Of a stretch of DNA of 64,000 nt, positions 1-9,700 are shown piece after piece. The position numbers were made by a program, and so were the translations under genes. Source of the DNA: Iphione sp. A-MEVVRFRX5. Its lineage: Eukaryota. The DNA lies in NCBI GenBank assembly GCA_976226885.1, contig OZ320314.1, forward strand, positions 61,132,001 to 61,196,000, read 5' to 3'. The notes beneath the pieces are model-generated. The model ran no database searches. It was not told where the DNA came from and saw nothing but the letters and a program-made list of their open reading frames with translations. Every line of letters starts with the position of its first letter. Within the stretch, counting starts at the first letter, position 1.

Positions 1-893
1 AATTTCGTATGTACTTGTATACATGTATATGTATTTGATTTAAGCATATTCAAAACAAAAACAGGGCGACGACGGAGCAGTTAAGCATATTGTACTTGTG
101 TCGCAAGAACTGTGTGAAGGGTGGCTGCAAGATAACAGCATTTACTTGAGACATGATTCTTGCAGGAATCACACTTTTCGTTGCAGAACCGTGGCCAGAT
201 ACATATTTCCTAATATATTAGCCTTTCTATAATGTCATAACAGACAAACGCAATATGATTGCCCGTTCACACATCTGTTTTTTCTTCAAGGCGGACTGTA
301 GAGATCCGATTACCTAGCCTGCATATGCGCTTTTTGGTCCCTTTTACCTATTCAGTCCTATACAAACTACCAAAAACCCTGATAAAATCATGAATGAGAC
401 AAAATTCCATGTAAGTCCTTCATTCAGGACCATTTTATATGAACTGTAGATCATGAGTTTCGCATGTACCATTTGTGAACTATAACTACATGGGTTTATT
501 TCATCGCCAAGAGGAATCACGTGGCCAGAATTTTAAAAAAGCCAACTGTCTGATGATTCGGCCCAGCAACCGCAGTTGCACTGGTAAAGTACCGTTAGTT
601 GGAAGAGAAGCGCAGTCAAGGTACCATCAGCAGAGGGAAAATATCTCGTCCTCCTGATTTAAGTTTCTAGTTCATAGGTTATATGAAAGAGCTAATGTGT
701 AATGCTTTCCTCACCATTACTTCCCACACCTTTAAAGACTTAATCAATACTGCAAAAGACATCAGTCAAGAAGTCGTTTGGATGGCATCGATTGCTGATG
801 ACGATGCTCCTCTTTATTCTACAGCTTTATCTACATTCAAAAGAACATGTACGATAGATATATATCTTTCTGTCAATACTGCATATAAATTAC

Positions 894-957
894 ATGCGTC
901 AAATGGGGACCAATCATATTGTATTATAATATGAGTATTGGTCCCCATTTGACGCAT
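894..957. repeat. 64-bp hairpin / inverted repeat with 21-bp perfect arms
   Basis: atgcgtcaaatggggaccaat (894-914) is the exact reverse complement of attggtccccatttgacgcat (937-957); inner catatt/aatatg extends the stem. Confidence 0.9.
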
Positions 958-1776
958 ATTCATCCTTTAGAAGCTCAGCCTTGAAATATTCAGTTCGTTG
1001 GTTGTCCCAATAAATGTCATCCCAGCTTCAGCGAAATTTTCCAGGATATTGAGCGAACACTAAATTTAGAGAAGAACAATTTCAAATGGAAGTAGCACCA
1101 ATTTCAGCTCCCAATCAGCTAATCACAGCAGCAGACTCAGCCCAAGAACCGATCGGGAGGACAGACTATGAATGGGCATCAGTAATCTGTTGTCTGGTTC
1201 TACAGCGGCTTCAGCCTCAAGAGTGATGTTAATGATACTTGAAACACAACAGCCCTAGGATTACATGTTAACGAAGACATCAAAGTCACAAAAAGGTGCC
1301 ATTTTGTATCCATACCTCGGTTGTCGATTTGTTTGCTTGCTGGCACCTGCCGACCCCCGAGGCCACGTGCAAAGTTGTTGGACATGTATGGCAGGTGATG
1401 AATACCTCACACTGCCTCGCCTGTGGCGTTTTCAACCAGAGTCGCCGGCTCCTCAAAGAAACTGCCTTGGCCGGAACCCTGTGCGAACACGAGGCATCGG
1501 ATGATTAATTTTAGCTGTGAACCCCCTGTGCTATCTAATATTGGAACCTAATATGGCGCCTGGGGAAAGAGCAGCAGTCGTTACCTACTACCGATAGGCG
1601 ATAGACAGCCTACAGCCTAAAGAGTGATTTCTTTCTTTGATCCAAGACATCCTATAACGCTGTATGATTAATGAACTACATAGTCACACACGCACGTGTG
1701 CACATACAGACACACATGCATTTAAAGACGCTCAAGACAGTATAAATGCGCGACTTTACAAATTACATAATCAAAG

Positions 1777-1848
1777 TTAGCACCACTATGAGTCGCTGCG
1801 TGGCGACGAAGGGAGATGATGATGCTGCCACCTGGGGTATACCAGTGA
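1777..1848 (+). repeat. DIRS left inverted terminal repeat
   Basis: 1808-1848 is the exact reverse complement of 6635-6675 (41 bp); 1777-1817 is the exact reverse complement of ICR 6404-6444 (41 bp). Confidence 0.95.
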
Positions 1849-2080
1849 AAATAGCTGTTTCCGCTCGGGGTAGCCGTGCCGTTTCACGCTCCGCAGTCTG
1901 CGTGCGTTTTTCCTCGGATTCCTTTGGATTTTCGTCGCTTTGTCTTCGCATCTTTCTTCGTTTTTACTTGCTGAGCAAGCCGGTGGTTTCTGGACCTATA
2001 ACCAGTTGGGCAGTGTGACTCGCGAACACTTTTTTCTCTCTTCCACGTGGCGGGCCTGACGGCGGCCATTTTTTGTCACC

Positions 2081-3232
2081 ATGTCCAGACGTGGGAAGCA
2101 GGATAAAGACAAGCCCGAGTCGGCTCCAGAGGACATCGGGAACGCCCCGGTTCCTACCAGTACACCCAGCACGATTAATACATCCGAAAATGTATTTACT
2201 CAACTCCTCACGGCGATTATCGACATGCCGAAAGCTCTGAATGACAGACTCTCACACATGGAGGACCGGTTGAGCGCCAAGATGGCGCCCACCCCCTCTA
2301 CTAGCGGACGCTCGTCCACCACGGGTCCGTCTGACGACTACTCTATCTCTGAGATTGGAGACTCTCGTTCGTCTATCGCTACAGAAGAAAACCTCGTCAG
2401 AAGGGGAGAACACGACCTCTCAGAAGGGGAGGTAGACGAAGACTCTGGTACCTCCAGCTACTACGATGGCCTTGTTACCGGCCTAGAGGAAGACGCATCC
2501 ATAGGGAAAGATGCGCACGCCCGTGTTGCTCGTTACACAGGGGGCAGGATCAAGAAACCACTGGAGGGGGAAGCCGCCAAGAATTTACGCCTCAAATACC
2601 CGCGTCCTGCGAACATTCCAGAGATGCAGCCACCTAAACTCAACGGTGCCCTCTGGCATCACATGCATCCTTTTGGACGGAACCGCGACAAGGCGCTTCA
2701 ACGAGTAATGCACCTCATAGTCCCGTCTCTCACAGCAGTCATACGACTCACGGAAGTCTTAGTTGCTCACGAAAAGGACACAGAGTGGGTGCAAGAGGCC
2801 CTGCGGATCACCTCGGACATCATCTCCCTCGAGGTGGGTCTTCGCGAGGAGATATTGAAGTTCCGCCGCGCGGAAGTCAAAAATGATCTCAGCCCCATCT
2901 TCAAACGGTTAGTTGAAGAAGCCCCTGCCTCACAACATTGGTTGTTTGGGGATGAACTCAGACAGCATTGCAAAGACTTGGAGGACGATGAACGCCTTGC
3001 CAAACGAATGGATAAAGGGAAATCGGGCCCCAAACACTTGGCAAAAAACCGCCACGAGCCTTATCGGAAGCCGGACAACAAGTCCAACAGAGGGAAGCCG
3101 AACAGGAAGTTCGGTCGCTCAGACTACCGGTCGTCAACTACATACCGCAGCCCCTTGGAGAACGTCGAACAGCCAAAAAACGGGGCAGCGGGGCCCAACA
3201 AGACCGGGCCCCAGAAAACACAAGCCAAGTAA
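2081..3232 (+). CDS. gag: DIRS ORF1 (gag-like), 383 aa, intact
   Basis: Uninterrupted ORF with good start context (tcaccATG), first ORF after the left ITR; acidic/Ser-rich N-terminus, central KLNGALW...RDKALQ...RRAEVK...WLFGDEL block resembling DIRS ORF1 proteins, basic C-terminus. Confidence 0.88.
   Translation: MSRRGKQDKDKPESAPEDIGNAPVPTSTPSTINTSENVFTQLLTAIIDMPKALNDRLSHMEDRLSAKMAPTPSTSGRSSTTGPSDDYSISEIGDSRSSIATEENLVRRGEHDLSEGEVDEDSGTSSYYDGLVTGLEEDASIGKDAHARVARYTGGRIKKPLEGEAAKNLRLKYPRPANIPEMQPPKLNGALWHHMHPFGRNRDKALQRVMHLIVPSLTAVIRLTEVLVAHEKDTEWVQEALRITSDIISLEVGLREEILKFRRAEVKNDLSPIFKRLVEEAPASQHWLFGDELRQHCKDLEDDERLAKRMDKGKSGPKHLAKNRHEPYRKPDNKSNRGKPNRKFGRSDYRSSTTYRSPLENVEQPKNGAAGPNKTGPQKTQAK
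3175..3212 (+). promoter_or_regulatory. Putative -1 programmed ribosomal frameshift signal (gag to pol)
   Basis: A AAA AAC heptamer in the gag frame (3175-3181), 8-nt spacer, then ggggccc (3190-3196) / gggcccc (3206-3212) stem with a 9-nt loop; the -1 frame is the pol frame and is open from 3016. Confidence 0.6.
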
Positions 3233-3237
3233 ATGAG

Positions 3238-5118
3238 GTGAGTACCCCCTTTAAGGCGGGTAAAATCCCTTCTTGCTTCAATGAATGGTCTTTGATCACA
3301 TCTAACGAAGTAATCTTAGAAATGGTCCGCGGGGTCTCCATTCAGTTCAGGTCTTTACCGCGCCAAACCTTCACCCCTCGACCTTATGTTTTTCCACCAC
3401 CTCAAAGACTGGCCATCGTAGACATTATTGATGAATTACTTCAAGTAGGTTCCATTGTGACTACCACCCGGGAGGACCTCTTGTGGGTATCGAACATCTT
3501 CCTCCGACCCAAGTCCGATGGCTCATTCCGTATGATTCTGGATCTTTCCCCTCTCAATGAGTATGTGGTCTACGAACATTTTAAGATGGAAAACTTCGAA
3601 ACTATCCTCCCCTTGATTCATCGAGGGGCCTGGCTGGCTTCGATAGATCTAAAAAACGCTTACCACGCCATAGCTGTCCACCCTCATTCCCAACGCTATC
3701 TCGGATTCCAATGGGAGGATGCTTTTTACAAGTTCACCGTCCTCCCGTTCGGCCTCTCCTCCGCCCCACGCATTTTCACAAAATTGCTTAAACCCGCTCT
3801 CTCTTACCTCCGTGAGCGGGGGGTGTGTCTAGCAGCCTACATTGATGATCTGCTTATTGTAGGGTCGGATGAGCGAGAGTGCCGTCGTGCTGTACGTCTC
3901 ACGTTGGATCAGATGCAGGGCCTGGGTTATTCGGTCAATGACACTAAGTCTAGCCTTCGGCCTGCAACAGTTATCAACTACCTCGGGTACGTGATCGATG
4001 CTAAAAATAATGTCATTACCCCTACTCTGGAGAAGATAACTAAAGTTCAAAATGCTATTTCCACCTTGTGGCACAACCCACGCCCCACCATTAGGCAAGT
4101 GGCCGCGGTCATAGGCAGTCTGGGGGACCTCACCAAGGCTGCCTCCTATGGATGGTTACACCTCAAAGCTTTAGAAAGGGCTAAGATAGGGGCTCTACGT
4201 AAGGCGGGACCCCTACAGTACAACGCATACATGACCCTCACTGAAGAAGCTTGTTGGGACCTACGGTGGTGGTATGAGCACATACACGCCATTTCCAGGA
4301 AAATCCACCCAGACACGCCCCACATTCACATGTACACTGACGCATCCCTTTTGGGATGGGGAGCCGTTTACAGGGAGGAACGGACAGGAGGCCTCTGGTC
4401 CTGACAGGAGAAAACTTTCCATATCAACACCCTAGAGCTTCAAGCCATTCTCCTAGGGCTTCAGTCATTACTTTCCTGGGTCCGGGGAGAACCGATCCTC
4501 ATTTTTTCTGACAACACGACCGCAGTGGCCCACATTAACTGTCAAGGGGGGACCCGGTCCATCAACTCCGCTCAGGTGGCCTACCATATAGGCTGTTGGG
4601 CGGAGGGGAGAGACATCACCTTGTCTGCCACGCACATTCCTGGGTCTCTCAATGTGGAGGCGGACACCCTCTCCCGAGACATCAACACCAACACGGAGTG
4701 GGAGTTGAATGATGATATTTTCAACCATATTGTACAGTTTTGGGGACTACCCTCAGTCGATCTTTTTGCGTCTAGGATTAATCACAAGGTTAAAACTTAT
4801 GTGAGCTGGCGCCCTGACCCTGATGCCCTGTTTGTTGACGCTTTCCTATTGGACTGGGCACAGTTTGATCATGGCTATGCCTTTCCACCTTTCAGCCTCG
4901 TGGGACGTGTGGTACGCAAGGCGATCTCAGACGGAGCCAAGGTGGTCATCGTGGCCCCCACCTGGCCGGGGCAGTGGTGGTATCCACTGGTGCGCCAAAT
5001 GTCGTCGACTCCGCCTCTCATCATACCGCCCAGCGCCGGCAATCTCCTCGCCCCACACGCCCAGCCAACAGCGGACAACGTCGCCAACACAGGGCTGACT
5101 GTAGTTCGCTCATGGTAG
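3238..5118 (+). pseudogene. pol: DIRS pol: reverse transcriptase - RNase H - Dam-like methyltransferase, one in-frame TGA at 4402-4404
   Basis: RT motifs FRMILDLSPLN, IDLKNAY, LPFGLSSAPRIFTK, YIDD; RNase H motifs YTDASLLGWG, HINTLEL, FSDNTTAV, HIPGSLNVEADTLSR. ORFs 3238-4404 and 4525-5118 share a frame, and translation across the stop reads ...GGLWS*QEKTFHINTLEL... Confidence 0.93.
4699..5001 (+). other. DNA N6-adenine methyltransferase-like (MT) domain at the C-terminus of pol
   Basis: WELNDDIF...VDLFAS (4759-4773)...DPDALFVDAF...DW...YAFPPF (4876-4893)...VIVAPTWPGQWWYP, the motif string typical of the DIRS MT domain. Confidence 0.88.
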
Positions 5119-6053
5119 CGGCCATTGACGGGATGTCCAATGACCCCACTGTGCGAAAACACATCCTCCACTCCTGGCGCCCCAAGACCAGACGGGTCTA
5201 CAGGACTTACCTCAATAAGTGGCAGTTATTCTGTATCCGGTCAGGTATTGATCAATCCAACCCTACGCTGATCCAGGGTCACCGCTTCCTGTGTCACCTT
5301 TATGAACAAGGGTTACGGTACAATGTACTTAACGTTGCTCGCTCAGCTTTATCTGCGGTCCTACCGCCTTTTAAGAGTATGTTTGGGGTACATTCTTTTG
5401 GATCTCACCCGGTAACCATTAGATTACTCAGGGGTATGTTTAACATTAGACCTCCCAGGGCTCGCTATGTCCACACCTGGGACATCGAGCTGGTTCTCAA
5501 TCTGTTCAGAGAACACACAAGTAACGCCTACCTCTCCCTTAAGATGTTAACGTTCAAAACGGTTATGTTATTGCTTCTGGCGTCATGCGGGCGCTCTCAG
5601 ACCGTTTACAAGATCAAACGGGACAATGTGCACCTCACGTCCAAAGGAACAGTCGTCATCACGTTTGACTCTGTATTGAAGCATTCCCGACCTGGACGTC
5701 GGGCGGACAAGATCATCCTCGATCCCCTGCCAGACGATCGCGCAGTGTGCCCCGTTAGGGCCCTCAAGGAGTATCTGCGCCGAACCAGGGATCTCGCCCA
5801 ACCAGGAGACAGACTGTTCCTGTGTCTCCTGCCTCCCCACCAGTCTGCGGCCCAGAATACGATCGTTCGGTGGGTATGACAGGTTATGCAAATGGCGGGA
5901 GTGGACACTTCCATGTTTACGGTGCATAGCACGAGGGGGGCTGCTGCCTCCAAGATGTTCCACGCTGGCGTCCCCATCAATGTCATTCTTGAAAAAGGAA
6001 TGTGGTCCTCGGAGTCCAGCTTCAAGCGCCATTACTGCCGCCCAGTGGCTTAG
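5112..6053 (+). pseudogene. DIRS tyrosine recombinase, one in-frame TGA at 5877-5879
   Basis: ATG at 5112 overlaps the pol stop; LLLASCGRS (R), KHSRPG (K); past the TGA the same frame gives QVMQMAGVDTSMFTVHSTRGAAAS...GMWSSESSFKRHYCRPVA* with HxxR, W and catalytic Y, ending at TAG 6051-6053. Confidence 0.92.
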
Positions 6054-6403
6054 TTCGGTTGTGTTGACTGTTATTGTGAACTGTTGCGTTAACACTCATA
6101 TCGAGGGACTTCTTGCCTGCAGTTGTGGGGCCGTCTGCCCCTCACCTGTACCCTTGGTGCTTATCTCTTTGCCATACTTACCCCCTCGGGGACATGATTA
6201 GGCCTAAAGCAGGGCCTCAGATCGAACTTTTCTTGTTCGTTTTTGGTTCGAGGAGGGAAGTTCCTCCGCTGGTTCACCTGTCACCAGGTTTATTGAGGTT
6301 GAAACTATGTTTTTCAGCAATAAATTTCCTTCTTCTCAGGAAATTTCTCGTTCGTGTTTTTTCCTCTAGCACAACTACTCGACCCCCAATAGGCTTCTTT
6401 GAA

Positions 6404-6528
6404 ATCTCCCTTCGTCGCCACGCAGCGACTCATAGTGGTGCTAATTACTCGGTTTGGTTAAACTTACCTGGTAAGTTGACAGCAAACCCTGGTTAGCACC
6501 ACTTGAGGAGAGTAGTGGGGAGGAAGGG
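6404..6528 (+). repeat. DIRS internal complementary region (ICR)
   Basis: 6404-6444 = reverse complement of 1777-1817; 6442-6528 = reverse complement of 6670-6756 (87 bp). The halves overlap at TAA. No mismatches seen. Confidence 0.95.
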
Positions 6529-6634
6529 CCCACCCTCCCTCCCTCAAAATCGCCTACAGGGTCATTTTGCTTCTTTTTGCTGCTTGGCGGACCTCTTGGG
6601 GGTCTCCCTCGCTGCAATCTCATCTATTTTGGCA

Positions 6635-6756
6635 TCACTGGTATACCCCAGGTGGCAGCATCATCATCTCCCTTCCTCCCCACTACTCTCCTCAAGTGGT
6701 GCTAACCAGGGTTTGCTGTCAACTTACCAGGTAAGTTTAACCAAACCGAGTAATTA
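6635..6756 (+). repeat. DIRS right ITR plus ~51-nt right extension
   Basis: 41-bp perfect inverse of the left ITR core, a diverged segment ending ctcaagtggtgctaa (6691-6705, inverse of the left tip), then an extension to TTA 6754-6756. Confidence 0.93.
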
Positions 6757-9700
6757 AAAATGACCACTAATGGTGTAGTACACATAATGCGCAGTTCACC
6801 TCCTATGTACTTATGATATGGGGGTTCCAGGTCCGGGAAAGATAATTCCGGATCATAGATTATGTGGCATAGCATCTGATGACGCTATACTCACCACAAT
6901 ATACACAAGATCTTACCTGAAGAATTACCTGCCCTCCGCCCCCCCCGACATACTTACCGGCAGACATGTACTCATTATTGCAGGTTGCGGTACCTCTCAT
7001 GCATCTGATCGTACTAAGGTGGATCTTCGTGTCTTCTCTCAGTCTGTGCCTTTAGAAACGTCCATAAATTTTATCAGGTTACCACGGCTCTCACTCCAAA
7101 CTCCTGTCTCGAGAATTGCAAAAGTCGCCAGGGTATTTACATGTCTTTATCATCACTTAGACACTCGATGGCGGACTACATTAACATGAGCGCATGTAAA
7201 GCAGAACTTCCTGTTGAACTTTGATAAATCATGAGTAACCAGATATATGCTAATCGTTGACAGAAGTATGCAGTTTTAAACGACATAACGACTTTTGCTC
7301 TGAACGGTCGTTCCGAGTATAACTGTTTCTGTATCACGAGGTTTTCCAATACATGTGATGCGTTGGAATTGATCCCGTTTTCCTTTTAATTGTCCTTTCT
7401 ACAGAACTAAAGAGGAGGACAGGAGAGAGCCCGCTTGCATGTCCCTCCTACGGCGGTACGCGTTGCTTCATCGACGTCTTCCATTGCCACTTCATCAATT
7501 TGTAAGAAGTATGTCTTTTGACGTGTCAAAGCTCTCCTTCCTTGGGTAAGTTTGCACTTCTTCTACACTATACCTGTACACGTACTTCGCTTCTTGAGAG
7601 TGAAAACTGGTGACAAATGAGCACATGCAGAGTTTTTATGTTTCTTTCAGCGGCATAATCGATCAGGTCATATAGAATTTTGCACTTTTACATATTCTGC
7701 TGTTTTTATGTGCGTAGTTTTAGAACTAGACAATACTTCAGCTGGTATCTGGTGTAACTACTTCCATAAAGTGATCTCGTATCGATTCTCGTCGTGGAGA
7801 GCATCGTTAGAGTCGGCTACAAGCATAATTATATATGGGGCGCAGTGCATGTAGATACCCCCTCCCTCCCCTCCGGAGGATACATTGTTGCCGTTAGGCT
7901 CTCATGGCTGCTCTTATGGGAAACACTTCCCTCCTCTGGGAGATATACAAACTACGTGTAAATCTTTTGAAATATTGCGTGCTGACTTGGCAGGCCTTCG
8001 CGTCACATTTTCCCTGCGTGGAAAAGGTCGATTATCAGGTATGAGGAATGCATGCGCAAGTGTATTGTAAGGTAGGGATATGTAGATGCGTTATGACCTC
8101 CACGGGGTGCAGCAAGAAGGAAGCGAGGTGACTGGGCCACAAAAATAAACATTATCCGTGTAGATATAATTTTGTCAAGTCCTGATCGCCACGCTTGCTG
8201 GTTCACCTTGTCTTCATGCCATGCTTTTGAGACGAGAGTTGAAGCTAGGGTCATTTCGAAATAGGGACCGTTATGATCACATTTCACTGGAGGTCTGTTG
8301 TTTTCGAGATGACTATGAAGACGCTCGTGTACGTCAAATCACATGATATAATGTGCATGTTTGTCAGCCAGTCATTCCCCATAAATTTATCATAAAAAAG
8401 AAACTTTGGGGATTTATGACGATTTGCCTACATGTTCAGACTTAAGGGACTGAACATCGATCCCAAATCCGAATCATCCTAGAGACAAACTTGAAATTTT
8501 CGAAAACTGAAGTCATACTGTTTTCCAGAGTGGATCTCTCTTGCACGGGAGGGGAGAAATCAAAAAAGAAAAGCTATCCGCCTTGCAGAACAGTCGTGTT
8601 TCAGTATGTAAACGCAGAGGTAGACGACAGTCATACATGAACGCAGTGGAGTGATATAAGCCAGCTGTATGTAAACATGGATTAGGCGTGGTAGCAACCG
8701 GACGTATGTAGAAGCTGGAATGGCTTAACATGGCAAGGACCAATGTGGAAGCGGCGTTCCTGGTTAACGCCAGTTTACAGGCGTCTACGTGTAGTGTAGA
8801 AAGGGGAGCTACGGTGCCTATAGTGTGCCTAGGATCTATTAAAGCTATAGTGGAGTGATAATGGTTACTAAAGGGCTGTTTAAATGGTTTGCTGACAATC
8901 TAGCCATCTGCCAAGTTTGTTACCAAGTTGTTGCTAAGTAGGGAGAGAACTATTGATTTGCTGGAAAAGTCAGTGCGTGTTTTTATCCTCCAAACAACCT
9001 GCCATAATGAGATCTGCTACATCAGGAGAAAGGACATTAGGTATATTTTATCCGTACATTACGAAAGGCGGCCATTGAATAAAACCTCACTCCCCAAAAG
9101 AATACATACAGGTGCATGTATTGAAGCGAAGCAAATCCTCTACTCATAGCTTCATATATGTGTCGAAAATTGTGTGAAAAAATGACAAGGAACTCTAAGT
9201 TCACCAAATACGGTGACTTTAATAGGGTTAGGAATTGACATGTAAACACGAGCTTTCGAGGTGTTACCACCTCTTCATCAGGTTGACACGTCGTTTGTAT
9301 CGAAACCTGTATACTGTATATTTCCTCTTAATGACCTCCATATAGATGCTTTGAAGGGCTTTGGTATGCTTTACCAGGCTAACGGCCAAACAGACAGATC
9401 TAACTGTGCAGATGAACGAGGCAGAATTAATCGACAGAGAGCACGTTAGGGCGCAGATGCTAATTCGGACCTTGTGTCTCATCTTCTGATAAGCTAATAT
9501 CTCTGCCTTATAATACCGTAAATAACGTCCCCTCCAGGATGTCTTAATCTGGACTGACAGCAGATCTTCAGTTCATGATGACATTCAGCATATTTTCCAT
9601 CGTAGCAAACTGAAAATATTTTGCATCGGCTCAGAAATTGAGTTCTTATTCAGCACTTAAAGTGAAATAATAAGTGTCACATTCAACGTGAATAGCCCCT

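Larger units (their letters stand above)
1777..6756 (+). mobile_element. Full-length DIRS-like tyrosine-recombinase retrotransposon (4,980 bp)
   Basis: gag-like ORF1, RT-RNaseH-MT ORF, YR ORF, non-identical inverted terminal repeats, an ICR complementary to both ends, and TTA at both termini (1777-1779, 6754-6756). Confidence 0.97.

Noticed and set aside
5583-6095. 170-aa and 139-aa antisense ORFs over the recombinase
   Set aside because: Shadow ORFs of GC-rich coding sequence.
6174-6198. ATACTTACC...GGGGA.CATGAT in the DIRS 3' region resembles the U1 snRNA 5' end
   Set aside because: Only short patches match and the rest of U1 is absent; equally explained as an antisense splice-donor motif or chance.
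7405-7501. Possible + strand exon (TKEEDRREPACMSLLRRYALLHRRLPLPLHQF) with good acceptor and GTAAGA donor
   Set aside because: No recognisable protein and no compatible neighbouring exons.
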